Positions 9,917 to 19,800 of a stretch of 64,000 nt of DNA are shown here, piece by piece. Below the pieces are notes generated by a model, which had not been told where the DNA came from, did not search any database, and saw only the letters and a list, made by a program, of their open reading frames with translations. The stretch's first letter is position 1. Every line of letters begins with the position of its first letter. Origin of the DNA: Eubacteriales bacterium (GTDB taxonomy: Bacteria > Bacillota > Clostridia > Oscillospirales > CAG-382); the NCBI GenBank assembly GCA_045540015.1, contig JAZQGP010000004.1, positions 30,880-94,879 of the forward strand. The letters run 5' to 3'. Position numbers and translations under genes: made by a program.

Positions 9917-10846
9917 TTAATTATTGTTTTCGGGAAGAACAAGCTGTCCGTTTCCTCTGTTTAAGATAAGAGTTATTGCACTTTTATTATTTTTAACAAC
10001 AATCTTGTGTCTGCCTTTTTCAAATTCGCCGTCAAGAGTCCAGTCAATATTTTCTTCTGTTTCGACGGTAATTTTTGGAGAAGAAAAAAATTCCAGCATT
10101 TTTCCGTTCAAATTAAAGCTTTGCAAATCCGACAAAAGCTCTACCATTTCTGCAGGATTTGAGGGATTTTTCATGAGAACAACTTCAAAAAGTCCGTCAT
10201 TTATATCAACAAGATTTTTAGGGATTCTTATAGCACCGCCGCCTACTCTTGTTGTATTGCATATAGCGCCGAAAAGGTACTTTCCTTCAAGGCTTTTTTC
10301 TTCCGTTGTAATTTTCACGTTAAATGATTTTATTTCTGTAATTTCCTTCATGCTTTCGAGAATATAAGCAAGATGTCCGAAGGTGTTTTTCAGATCTCTC
10401 GGTGTTGAATAAGAGGATTTTGTGAAAACACCGAAGGAAGCAACATATGTGAAAACTCTTCCGCCAAAGGAACCGGCATCAACTTTTACTTTTTCGCCGC
10501 AAATTATATCCTTTGCTGCCTTTAAGGGATTTGAAGAAAGCCCGAGACTTGAGGCAAAATCATTTGTGCTTCCTGCCGGAATATATCCGATAGGAACATC
10601 AATTTTATCTTCAACAACAGCAGAAACAACCTCGTTAAAAGTTCCGTCGCCGCCTATACATACGATCAAATCTTTACCGGGGGCATATTTTTGAGTTATT
10701 TCCTTGCCGCGGATGTGTTCGGTTGTCATTTGAACCGTACATTCGTAGCCTTCTGCAGAAAAAACAGAAAGAATATCAGCAAGATATTTATTGCATTTTT
10801 TCGTTCCTGCCTTGGGATTCATAACCAAAAGCAGTTTACCGGACAT
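9917..10846 (-). CDS. diacylglycerol/lipid kinase family protein (YegS/DagK-like)
   Basis: 'GGDGTFNEV' catalytic-domain motif, 309 aa, strong RBS AAAGGGGGA. Confidence 0.85.
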   Translation of the reverse strand: MSGKLLLVMNPKAGTKKCNKYLADILSVFSAEGYECTVQMTTEHIRGKEITQKYAPGKDLIVCIGGDGTFNEVVSAVVEDKIDVPIGYIPAGSTNDFASSLGLSSNPLKAAKDIICGEKVKVDAGSFGGRVFTYVASFGVFTKSSYSTPRDLKNTFGHLAYILESMKEITEIKSFNVKITTEEKSLEGKYLFGAICNTTRVGGGAIRIPKNLVDINDGLFEVVLMKNPSNPAEMVELLSDLQSFNLNGKMLEFFSSPKITVETEENIDWTLDGEFEKGRHKIVVKNNKSAITLILNRGNGQLVLPENNN

Positions 10847-10878
10847 AAAAAATCCCCCTTTTATACTATTACATACTA

Positions 10879-10907
10879 TTTTATCATTTTTAGTATATAT
10901 AAGTCAA
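10879..10907 (-). promoter_or_regulatory. sigma-A-type promoter for the lipid kinase operon
   Basis: Minus strand reads TTGACT-N17-TAAAAT. Confidence 0.55.
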
Positions 10908-11011
10908 CAGATTTTTATAAATTTAATAATAATGTAAGATATTAATTTTTATTGCCGGTTTTTTGGGAAAAAGAAAAGGAGTTGTAGTAAAATACAGCTC
11001 CGTTTGAGTTT

Positions 11012-11646
11012 TATATTTGGAAAGGTTGAAAGGGAGATTTTGTTGCCTTATCGACCGGAAAATACAAGTTTGAAACTGTAGTTTCATTTTTTCGTACTTT
11101 CCACCGGAGGAAAGTACTACAAAGTCCGCCACTCAAAAAGAAGGGATGGCTCGATTTGGAGTTATACTATCTTCTAAACTTGAAAAACTTCACGTTGTTT
11201 CCCACTTCACACTTCCAAATCTCCGCTTACTTCCTTTCTTTCGCCGTGGTGGCTTAACTACCCTCATGGTAAACATCACAACCTATTTGAACAAAAAACT
11301 GAATATTCTTGTGTTAGATAGATAGTTGATTGTTTATTCTCTAATCAACAAAACGGCACTCGAGAAAGAGCTCGCGTCGCGAAGCCCGTAAAAGCTTCAT
11401 TGATGCACGCAAGGCTCCTAAGGTTAAAGTTTTCAAGGAAGCGAAAGTCCGCGAGCTTAGGAAGAGATAACTAAGAGAACCGTAGGTGCTCTTAGTCGTG
11501 CTCTTTTGTTTCATTTTCTACACGAGTAGAAAATGAAAGCCTCCACGGCAGTGGAAAGCTACAAATTTGGTTTAAGCTCACCTCGGCGTTAGCCAAAAAT
11601 ATATAAACGAAAAAGTGAAATTGAAGTTGTTTAGACTTCAATTTCA
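11012..11646. repeat. mosaic intergenic repeat, copy B (m1, m2, m4, H)
   Basis: m1 and its 24-nt hairpin are identical to copy A. m2 is about 85% identical to copy C (inverted). m4 aligns to copy D. Confidence 0.8.
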
Positions 11647-11666
11647 CAAAGGGAAAGTTTTTCTAA

Positions 11667-12320
11667 TCAGTTCTGACGGTAAACTCGGAAATTTGTAAAG
11701 ATCCATCTGCCGTCAACTTTTTCGTACCTGAAGGCTTCAGTATAGTCCTTCAACTTGTTGCCGTCTTCGTCTACTGTGTGATAGGACACATTATAAGTGC
11801 AGCTGTCTTCGCTGTTTCTTACAAGCTCAAAGGTTTCTTCTTCGGAAAAACCCTGCGGTTCATAGTAAAATTTCATGCAGTAAAGCCCGCCGTCGGGTGA
11901 TTCAACAATACGGCCTATTTCCTCGTTTATGTCCATGAGTTCTTCGGTGGTTGCTTCATCGAACATGGTAAGATAGTAAAGCTTTAAATCTTCAAGGCTG
12001 TTGAGAAAATCGCTCTTGACACGGTAATAAGCAAGACCGTCTTTAACATATTCGTCCTTCATATCAACAGGCGGTGCTGCCGTTATGGTTATCCAGCCGA
12101 AAGCATCACATGCTGCTTTATACACGTTTGCCATATCTTCTTCTGTAGGATATCCTTCGGGATACACGGGAATTTCTGCCCAGGACTTATCGGAATAGTC
12201 AATTTTCTGTTCGTTTTTTGTATCAGTACCCTCGTTGCTTTTATCTGGGTCTTTTTCAGCACAGCCGAAGAAACACAAAACGGTTAAAAGAACAGAAAGT
12301 ATTGTTAGAAGTTTTTTCAT
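11667..12320 (-). CDS. lipoprotein of unknown function
   Basis: Signal peptide with lipobox 'LCFFGC'. No recognisable catalytic motif. Confidence 0.6.
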   Translation of the reverse strand: MKKLLTILSVLLTVLCFFGCAEKDPDKSNEGTDTKNEQKIDYSDKSWAEIPVYPEGYPTEEDMANVYKAACDAFGWITITAAPPVDMKDEYVKDGLAYYRVKSDFLNSLEDLKLYYLTMFDEATTEELMDINEEIGRIVESPDGGLYCMKFYYEPQGFSEEETFELVRNSEDSCTYNVSYHTVDEDGNKLKDYTEAFRYEKVDGRWIFTNFRVYRQN

Positions 12321-12341
12321 AAAATCCTCCGATTTATATTA

Positions 12342-13496
12342 TTAGTGAATGAAAAGGCTTGATTTTGCCTTTACCGCTTCACGCGGACAAAATTCCTGAC
12401 AGCAATAGCATTTTATACATTTTGTCTTATCAATAAAAGCTTTTTTATTCCTAATCTCAATAGCGTCAACGGGACAGTTTTTTGCGCATATTGCGCAGCC
12501 GACACAAAGACTTTTTTTAACAGTCGGTCTCGGCTCAAGAGCAACTCTTAGTCTTCCGCCGAAAATTGTCGGTATCTGCTTTACTATACCGCCTGCACGC
12601 GAATCGGGGCGGATAAATTTTGCCTTGTATTTTTCTTTATCCTCACCGATTATTTCAAGTTCGTCTGCATTTTTCGCACAAAGACCTCGTTTTACGGCAC
12701 ACTGAACTGTTCCAACCTCATCGGGTTCGTAACCCATAAGATAAGAGCCGAGAACATCTGCTGCAAACGGGTCACAGCTCGCGATAACAGAGCCCGTTTT
12801 TCTGAGTGTTCCGCCGGAAGGACCGTTGCCCTCCATGCAGATAACAGCATCAATTATGTTTATCTGTGGTGCCGTCAATTCGCACAAATCGCACAGCATA
12901 TCCGCAAATGAAAGTCTTTCGGGAAAACGTGCGTGCTGTTCGGCTTTCTGAAGTCCCGGAATTGAGCCGAACATGTTTTTAACCGCTGCTGACATTTCAC
13001 ACAAGGCATGAGTTTTAAGTCTTGCAAGATTTACAACAACATCTGCGTTTGCAATTGGATTTATTATATTGAAGCTGAATTTTGAAATGTTATGGTCAGA
13101 CTTCATTTCATGACCGAAATCTTCGTTTACAGACGCACCTGTTTCTTTTACCGCTTCATACATTCCGGTCTGTGAGCAGATGCCGTGAAAGGCAGTTTTG
13201 TTATAAACTCCTCCGGGACTGTCTGCTACGGTAACAACAGCACCCAAAGAGCAGAAGAATTCACACGCCGCTTTAACAAAGGACGGATGGCTTGTAACAC
13301 ATTTTTCAACCTCTATTTTTGCAAGCAGGTTCGGTTTTACGGTAACCCGTTTGCCCTCAAAATATACCTTTTCAAATCCGTTATCGCTTATAACGTTTTC
13401 AAAAAGAGGAAAAAGAGTCTCTTTTACCTTGTCGTAATCGTAAGAATCAAGAGCAGAAAGATAAACCTTGTTTGTGTGTGTAATGTGTCTGTTCAT
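12342..13496 (-). CDS. DUF362 domain protein with C-terminal 2x[4Fe-4S] ferredoxin domain
   Basis: DUF362-like N-terminal two thirds. 'CVGCAICAKNCP' and 'CIKCYCCQEFCP' cluster motifs. Confidence 0.75.
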   Translation of the reverse strand: MNRHITHTNKVYLSALDSYDYDKVKETLFPLFENVISDNGFEKVYFEGKRVTVKPNLLAKIEVEKCVTSHPSFVKAACEFFCSLGAVVTVADSPGGVYNKTAFHGICSQTGMYEAVKETGASVNEDFGHEMKSDHNISKFSFNIINPIANADVVVNLARLKTHALCEMSAAVKNMFGSIPGLQKAEQHARFPERLSFADMLCDLCELTAPQINIIDAVICMEGNGPSGGTLRKTGSVIASCDPFAADVLGSYLMGYEPDEVGTVQCAVKRGLCAKNADELEIIGEDKEKYKAKFIRPDSRAGGIVKQIPTIFGGRLRVALEPRPTVKKSLCVGCAICAKNCPVDAIEIRNKKAFIDKTKCIKCYCCQEFCPREAVKAKSSLFIH

Positions 13497-13507
13497 AAAA
13501 AACTCTC

Positions 13508-14677
13508 TTACTTAATTTTCTGAAGGAATTTGTCAATTCTTTCAATGGCACGGCTTATATGCTCAATCGAATATGCATAAGAAATTCTTGCAAAGCCCTC
13601 ACCCGAATCTCCGAATGCAGTACCCGGAACAATTGCACACTTCTGGTCATAGAGAAGCTTTTCGCAGAACTGCTCGGATGTCAGTCCGTATTTTCCTATG
13701 TTCGGGAACACATAGAACGCGCCCTCAGGCTCAAAGCATTCAAGCCCTATCTCGTTAAGTCCCGAAAGAAGCATTCTTCTTCTCTGATTATAGCAGTCAC
13801 GCATATATTCAATATCCTCGTCGCCGTCCATGACCGCTTTCATGCCTGCATACTGGCTCATTGTGGGCGCACACATGATTGCATACTGGTGGATTTTGAG
13901 CATCTGCTGCATAATTTCTTTCGGTGCGCAAACGTAGCCGAGTCGCCAGCCTGTCATAGCATAGCACTTTGAAAAGCCGCCGACATATATTGTTCTGTCC
14001 CACATATCAGGAATCGAAGCAAACGAAAAATGCTTTCTGCCGTAGGTAAGCTCGCCGTAAATTTCATCGGTGAGGACAACTATGTTTGTGTCCTTTAAGA
14101 CATCCGCGATTTTTCTCAAATCCTCCTCTGTCATAATACCGCCTGTGGGGTTATTCGGATAAGGAAGAACAAGCATTTTGGTTTTTGGGGTAATGTGAGC
14201 CTTTAAAAGCTCGGGAGTGAGCTTGAATTTATCCTCAACTCTTGTTTTGAGCATAACGGGAATACCGCCGGTGAGCGATGTTATCGGTGTGTAGCACACA
14301 TACGACGGCTCAACTATTAAAACCTCGTCTCCGGGTTCAACAATCGCGCGTATTGCAAGATCAATCGCCTCGCTTCCGCCAACGGTTACTGAAATTTCCT
14401 TAGATGGGTCATAAGACACATTAAAGCGTCTTTCAAGATATGCAGCTATCTGCTTTCTGAATTCCAAAAGACCGCTGTTTGATGTGTAATAGGTTTTACC
14501 CTTTTCAAGCGACTCGATTGCCGCTTCTCTTATGTGCCAGGGTGTAACAAAGTCGGGCTGACCGACCGTCAGAGAAATAACTCCCTGCATTTCGTCAAGT
14601 ATATCAAAAAATTTTCTTATGCCGGAGGGTTTTAAATCAACGGCACGCTGTGAAAGCACTTTGCTGTAATCTATCAT
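13508..14677 (-). CDS. PLP-dependent aminotransferase class I/II (aspartate/aromatic-type)
   Basis: 'PNNPTG', and 'SKCYAMTGWRLGY' containing the PLP lysine. 389 aa. Confidence 0.88.
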   Translation of the reverse strand: MIDYSKVLSQRAVDLKPSGIRKFFDILDEMQGVISLTVGQPDFVTPWHIREAAIESLEKGKTYYTSNSGLLEFRKQIAAYLERRFNVSYDPSKEISVTVGGSEAIDLAIRAIVEPGDEVLIVEPSYVCYTPITSLTGGIPVMLKTRVEDKFKLTPELLKAHITPKTKMLVLPYPNNPTGGIMTEEDLRKIADVLKDTNIVVLTDEIYGELTYGRKHFSFASIPDMWDRTIYVGGFSKCYAMTGWRLGYVCAPKEIMQQMLKIHQYAIMCAPTMSQYAGMKAVMDGDEDIEYMRDCYNQRRRMLLSGLNEIGLECFEPEGAFYVFPNIGKYGLTSEQFCEKLLYDQKCAIVPGTAFGDSGEGFARISYAYSIEHISRAIERIDKFLQKIK

Positions 14678-15195
14678 CAGAGCATATTTCCTCTCTCGTC
14701 CTCAGACGTTTCGTTTCCGTGGCCGAAAACAACGCCCTTGTCCTTATATTTGCGAAGTACGAAATGTGTACTTGTGGAGATGACTCCCTCAATGGGAGCA
14801 AGCTTTTCCGCAACGAAAAGCGCCACCTGCTTTATAGTTTTTCCCTCAATCATAACACAAAGGTCATATGCTCCGGACATTAGGAACATATTTTTAACTT
14901 CGGGAAAATTATATATTTTCTGAGCAACTCTTTCAAAGCCTCTGTCGCGCTGTGGTGCAACCTTAAGCTCAATAAGCGCGTCTACATATTCTCTGTCTGT
15001 TTTATCCCAGTCAACGAGCGCCTTGTAGCCGAGAATTGTTCCGTCGGCTTCGAGCTGCTCGATTATGGCTCGAACTTCGTTTTCATCTTCTCCCAGCATA
15101 ACGGCAATACGCGAAGAAGTGAGTCTCGCGTCGTTTTCAAGGAGTTTTAAGATTTTTCTTGTCAATTCTTCTTTCATGTTTATTCCTTCTTTCAT
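14677..15195 (-). CDS. Lrp/AsnC-family transcriptional regulator
   Basis: N-terminal HTH 'ILKLLENDARLTSSRIAVMLG' plus a RAM-type C-terminal domain. Overlaps the aminotransferase start. An alternative start lies at 15177. Confidence 0.85.
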   Translation of the reverse strand: MKEGINMKEELTRKILKLLENDARLTSSRIAVMLGEDENEVRAIIEQLEADGTILGYKALVDWDKTDREYVDALIELKVAPQRDRGFERVAQKIYNFPEVKNMFLMSGAYDLCVMIEGKTIKQVALFVAEKLAPIEGVISTSTHFVLRKYKDKGVVFGHGNETSEDERGNML

Positions 15196-15315
15196 GAAAA
15201 ATAGATATATTCAGTATATTTTAATTGATAATAATGATTATTTTCTTACAGAACTTTTGTGAAAGTATGAAATATTTTGCCTGCATCAGTTTTTTAACTG
15301 CAAAACAGCTTTTTG

Positions 15316-15344
15316 TTGACAATAGGGCGTTTGGGTGTTAAAAT
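15316..15344 (+). promoter_or_regulatory. sigma-A-type promoter for the SGNH hydrolase gene
   Basis: TTGACA-N17-TAAAAT. Confidence 0.6.
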
Positions 15345-15381
15345 AGCCTTGACAAAGAAAATGGCGAAAGGAAAGACGAAA

Positions 15382-16287
15382 ATGAAAAGATTTCCCGACA
15401 ATTCAAGAGTGTGTTTTCTTGGAGACAGTATAACACAGGCAAATGGATTTATTTCTCATATCGCAGAGTATTATCATGACAATTTCAAAGAATCAAATAT
15501 AAACTTCTACAACTGCGGTATAGGCGGTACTTCAAGTGCCTCACTTTTTCAGTTTTTTGAAAGCGATGTAAAGATACACAAGCCCACCCACATTGTTCTT
15601 ATGGAAGGAATTAATGCTTCACATCGTGACATTCTCTCAAATCCTCAGAGCAGCGAGAGATACGCGGTTCTTGAAAACGCATTTGAAGCCTTCAAAAAGA
15701 ATTATGCCATTATGTGCGATAAATGTACATCCATTGGAGCAAAGCTCATAATATGTACTCTTCCGCCTTACGCCGAATATCAGAAAGAAGGAGGAGACAT
15801 TCTTCCCGGTGCATATGCGCTTCTCTCATCATATGCAGATTTTCAAAGACAGTTTGCGCATCAGAACGGCTATGAGCTTATTGACATACACGCATACATG
15901 ACAAAAGAAATGCAGACACAGGTCCTATACGGCGGTGACAGAGTTCACCCTAATGCACTTGGTCATTTTGTCATGGCAAAATGTATTCTGGAGTATCAGG
16001 GCTTTGATATCGGCGACTACAAGCCGTGTGCAGAGTACCTTTCCGACTGGATAGAAAACGTAAAAAATTACAGAAATATCATGCATGCAGAATTTCGCTT
16101 TATCCGCGATGTGTCGATATCCGAGGAAGAAAAGAAAACCATTGTTACAGATTATCTGGAAAATGAAATGTATGGAAAAAACACATGGCTTAAAGGTGTT
16201 GCGGAATTATACCTTCGCTTATGGCCGCATAAAAAAGAATATTTTGAAAACGCAAAACGAATAATGGAAGTTGAATTGAAGAAATAA
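15382..16287 (+). CDS. SGNH/GDSL-family hydrolase (esterase)
   Basis: Block I 'FLGDSITQ' and block V 'DRVHPN'. Start moved to 15382 because a TTGACA-N17-TAAAAT promoter lies inside the longer ORF-track version, and AAAGGA precedes this ATG. Confidence 0.8.
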   Translation: MKRFPDNSRVCFLGDSITQANGFISHIAEYYHDNFKESNINFYNCGIGGTSSASLFQFFESDVKIHKPTHIVLMEGINASHRDILSNPQSSERYAVLENAFEAFKKNYAIMCDKCTSIGAKLIICTLPPYAEYQKEGGDILPGAYALLSSYADFQRQFAHQNGYELIDIHAYMTKEMQTQVLYGGDRVHPNALGHFVMAKCILEYQGFDIGDYKPCAEYLSDWIENVKNYRNIMHAEFRFIRDVSISEEEKKTIVTDYLENEMYGKNTWLKGVAELYLRLWPHKKEYFENAKRIMEVELKK

Positions 16288-16294
16288 ACAATAT

Positions 16295-16327
16295 AAGGTG
16301 CCTTGGAAAAAACCAAAGCGCCTTTTT
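16295..16327. terminator. bidirectional intrinsic terminator between the convergent SGNH and AraC genes
   Basis: aaggtgccttgg-aaaaaa-ccaaagcgcctt followed by a T-run. Confidence 0.65.
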
Positions 16328-16328
16328 G

Positions 16329-17150
16329 TTATGATTTACTCTGCGCTTGTCTGTACTGACTCGGAGTAAGCCCGAAATGTCTTTTGAACACATGGAGAAA
16401 ATACTGAACCGAATTATGTCCCGAATTAAGAGCAATTTCGCTTACGGAAAGCGAGCTTGATTCAAGAAGGTTGCATGCATATTTCAAGCGAACGTCACCA
16501 AGGTATTCGTTAAAGGATTTTCCAAGGCTGCTCTTTATAAGTTTTCCTAGATATCCCGATGATACAGACAGAGTATCCGCAAGGAGGCTGAGTGAAATAT
16601 CCTGTCGGAAATTCTCGTGTATATAGGCAGTTGCCTGCTGGACAAATTCGGGAAGAGATCCCTCGTCCTTGTCATTTGACAGGCGAAGTGCATGAGAGGC
16701 AATTTCTGCAAGTATTGACCTTAATACAAGGTCCTCCGGGCTTGTTGCAATACCGTTTTCACTTTCAAGCACCCTTACTCTGTCGTCTATATACTTTATT
16801 TTTTCCTCATCAAAACTGCACATAACCGTTTTTCCCGAATGCTGAAGACGTTCTGCAAGCTTTCCGTCAAGTATTTCGGGACTGAAGCCCATATTGATGA
16901 TTTCTATATCCTCCGACGCCTCAAGAGAATGATAGTCGTAAAACGACATTATATACATGCTTCCTCTTGAAACCTCATATTTCTGGCCGTTAAGAATATG
17001 AGTTCCTTTTCCCGACACTATTATTTCTATTTCAAAGTAGTTGTGCCAGTGAACCCTTGCTTCGTAGCCTTTTTTCAATACCTTTCTGACAATGCTCAGA
17101 CCCGTAACTCCAAGAGGTCTGTCAAGGTTCATAAGAGGCTTTGATTTCAC
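16329..17150 (-). CDS. AraC-family transcriptional regulator (cupin N-domain + HTH), paralogue 1 of 3
   Basis: 'HWHNYFEIEIIVSGK' cupin sensor and C-terminal AraC HTH 'SVSEIALNSGHNSVQYFLHVFKRHFGLTP'. Confidence 0.88.
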   Translation of the reverse strand: MKSKPLMNLDRPLGVTGLSIVRKVLKKGYEARVHWHNYFEIEIIVSGKGTHILNGQKYEVSRGSMYIMSFYDYHSLEASEDIEIINMGFSPEILDGKLAERLQHSGKTVMCSFDEEKIKYIDDRVRVLESENGIATSPEDLVLRSILAEIASHALRLSNDKDEGSLPEFVQQATAYIHENFRQDISLSLLADTLSVSSGYLGKLIKSSLGKSFNEYLGDVRLKYACNLLESSSLSVSEIALNSGHNSVQYFLHVFKRHFGLTPSQYRQAQSKS

Positions 17151-17156
17151 GACACA

Positions 17157-18026
17157 TCACCTGCCTTTATTCAAAATACGTGTTTTTAAATCCTTGCTGC
17201 AGCTGTCTTTAAGCTGCTTGTATTCACCCGGTGTAATTCCGAATTTCTTTTTGAAAACATACAGAAAATACGGTACTGAATTATAACCCGCGGCGAAAGC
17301 GATATCTCCGACGGACATTTCCGAGGACTCCAGGAGATTACAGGCATACTTGAGTCTGACAGAGCCGAGATAGTCGTTAAAAGATTTGTTAAGGCTCTTT
17401 TTGAGCAGCTTTCCGAGGTATCCGGAGGATACACAAAGAGCTTCTGCAAGAATATCCAGCGAAATATCCCGTCTGAAATTTGTGTGTATGTATGCGGTTG
17501 CCTGCTGAACAAGCGGAGGAAGCGCAGCTTTGCCTGCCTCATTTGTTTTTCGTATTGCTCGTGCAAGTATTTCGGAAAGAAGTGAGCTTATGACAACGTC
17601 TCCCATGTAAATTTCGGGAGAGTTTTCGTTTTCAAGCGCCGTTACTCTGCCATCAATATATTCAAGCTCTTCTTCGCTCAGCGAACAAACAATTGCTTTT
17701 CCGGAGTTTTCGAGATAATCGGAAATTCTTGCGTCAAGAAGGTCGCGGGAAAAATTGAGATTTATCATTTCCGTTTCTTCAAGAGCGGTAAATGCATGAT
17801 AATCGTAAAACGACAGCATATACATGCTTCCGCGGGAAAGCTCGTATTCAGTTCCGTTCATGACGTGAATTGCTTTTCCCGAAAGAATTATTTCAAGCTC
17901 ACAGTAGTCGTGCCAGTGAACCGGAATTGTCCTGCCGGCATAAAGCTTTCTGCGAATTATTTCAAGATTTGTTTTGCCCAAAGGAGCTTCAAGGTTCATG
18001 AGCAGTTTTTTATCCACGCAAAACAC
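17157..18026 (-). CDS. AraC-family transcriptional regulator, paralogue 2 of 3
   Basis: Same architecture; co-linear similarity to the neighbours along the whole length. Confidence 0.88.
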   Translation of the reverse strand: MFCVDKKLLMNLEAPLGKTNLEIIRRKLYAGRTIPVHWHDYCELEIILSGKAIHVMNGTEYELSRGSMYMLSFYDYHAFTALEETEMINLNFSRDLLDARISDYLENSGKAIVCSLSEEELEYIDGRVTALENENSPEIYMGDVVISSLLSEILARAIRKTNEAGKAALPPLVQQATAYIHTNFRRDISLDILAEALCVSSGYLGKLLKKSLNKSFNDYLGSVRLKYACNLLESSEMSVGDIAFAAGYNSVPYFLYVFKKKFGITPGEYKQLKDSCSKDLKTRILNKGR

Positions 18027-18044
18027 CTCCCGAGGCTGTGGAGT

Positions 18045-18884
18045 TTAATCCGAATATAACTGTTCGGTACAGTCGCGGAGCTTTTTGTATTCTCCGGGCG
18101 TCATTCCGAATCTCTTTTTGAAAACATACAGAAAATATGTTGTTGAATTATATCCTGCAGCGGATGCAATATCGGAAATCGGCATTTGAGATGAGTCAAG
18201 AAGATTGCAGGCATATTTCATACGGATATCTCCAAGATACTCGTTGAAGGACTTGTTAAGATTCTTTTTAAGCGCTTTTCCGAGATAGCCCGATGAGACC
18301 GAAAGGGTTTGAGCAAGACTGTTAAGCGAAATATCCTGTCTGAAATTTGCATGGATATAGCCGGTTGCCTTCTGGATGAGAAGTGGAACCACGGGCTCTG
18401 ACCCGTCGCTTGTTTTTCTGAAAACAAAGGTAAGTATTTCGGACAACAGCGTGCTTAGCATAATTTCAGACAAATACCCGTTTTCCTTCAGCTCTTTTTC
18501 AAGGCTGCAGATTCGGTTCAAAACGTGCTGCATATCCTCTTGGTCAAAGCAGCAAACCAACGCTTTGCCGTTTTTTTCAAGTATGTAACTGATACGCTTG
18601 TCGGGCACATCCGGCATAAAGGAAATGTTGATAAGCTCGCAGGGTTCAAGAGAGATGTAAGAATGATAATCATAAAACGACAAAAGATACATGTTACCGC
18701 CGGTCATTTCGTATTCACGTCCGTTTATACACTGGCGCATTTTTCCCGATACAAGTATCTCAAGCTCGTAGTAATTGTGCCAGTGTATACGTGATATGCT
18801 TTTCGAAGGAATGCTTCTTCGTATAACATTGATATTTTCTGCGCCGTCGATTTTTTCAAAATTTATAAGAAGCCTCGTATCCAA
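18045..18884 (-). CDS. AraC-family transcriptional regulator, paralogue 3 of 3
   Basis: Same architecture ('HWHNYYELEILVSGK' ... 'GYNSTTYFLYVFKKRFGMTP'). Confidence 0.88.
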   Translation of the reverse strand: MDTRLLINFEKIDGAENINVIRRSIPSKSISRIHWHNYYELEILVSGKMRQCINGREYEMTGGNMYLLSFYDYHSYISLEPCELINISFMPDVPDKRISYILEKNGKALVCCFDQEDMQHVLNRICSLEKELKENGYLSEIMLSTLLSEILTFVFRKTSDGSEPVVPLLIQKATGYIHANFRQDISLNSLAQTLSVSSGYLGKALKKNLNKSFNEYLGDIRMKYACNLLDSSQMPISDIASAAGYNSTTYFLYVFKKRFGMTPGEYKKLRDCTEQLYSD

Positions 18885-19125
18885 GAAAAATCCACTCCTC
18901 TTATTCTTAATCGATCTTTGAAAATGTTTTGTCGTGTATTAAAGCTTTGCCGGTTATTTTGGAACTGTATGTCTGTCTGCTGTCCGGTAAGACAGCTTGT
19001 GGAATAAATAAATCCGATTTTCTTAATTATATCATGGATTTTTACACTTTACAAGACCGAATTTTGTGATATAATGTATATGTGAAAAAAATACTGGAGA
19101 GGTATAAAAAGAAAGGAAAATCAAA

Positions 19126-19767
19126 ATGAAGCTTTTTATTGATACTGCAAATCTTGACGAAATTCGTGCGGCAAGTGATCTTGGCGTTATCTGCGGTGTA
19201 ACAACAAACCCCACTCTTATTGCCCGTGAAGGAAGAGACCTTGCAGAGGTTATAAAGGAGATCGTTAAAATAGTTGACGGTCCCATCTCTGCAGAGGTTA
19301 TGAGTGAGGATGCAACAGGAATGGTTGAGGAGGCAAAGGTTCTCAGCGCAATCCACAAGAACATTGTTATCAAAATACCCATGACGCTTGAAGGACTTAA
19401 GGCTGTAAAGCAGCTTACTGCAACGGGTATCCGCACAAATGTAACTCTTATATTCAGCGCAGCACAGGCTCTTCTTGCAGCTCGTGCAGGTGCAAGCTTT
19501 GTAAGCCCGTTCCTCGGAAGACTTGACGATATCGGTATGCCCGGTATGGAGCTTGTTGAGGAAATCGTTGAAATTTTTGATATTCACGGTATTAAAACTG
19601 AAATTATCGCGGCAAGCGTCAGAAGCCAGATGCATGTTATAGATGCAGCTCGTGCAGGCGCTCACATTGCTACAATTCCTTACAAGGTAATTCTTCAGAT
19701 GGCAAAGCATCCTCTTACAGATGCAGGAATTGAAAAATTCTTAAAGGATGCCGGCGTTAATGCATAA
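19126..19767 (+). CDS. transaldolase-family protein (short TalC / fructose-6-phosphate aldolase type)
   Basis: '[14 protein letters not shown]', 'GVTTNPTL', and Schiff-base Lys context 'VIKIPMT'. 213 aa. Confidence 0.9.
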   Translation: MKLFIDTANLDEIRAASDLGVICGVTTNPTLIAREGRDLAEVIKEIVKIVDGPISAEVMSEDATGMVEEAKVLSAIHKNIVIKIPMTLEGLKAVKQLTATGIRTNVTLIFSAAQALLAARAGASFVSPFLGRLDDIGMPGMELVEEIVEIFDIHGIKTEIIAASVRSQMHVIDAARAGAHIATIPYKVILQMAKHPLTDAGIEKFLKDAGVNA

Positions 19768-19800
19768 ATAATCTGTTTTTATTGCAAAGGAGTTTTCGTT

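Noticed and set aside
19032-19710. 134-aa and 222-aa ORFs antisense to the transaldolase-family gene.
   Set aside because: The plus-strand product has unmistakable transaldolase motifs. The antisense products are Cys-rich nonsense with no RBS.
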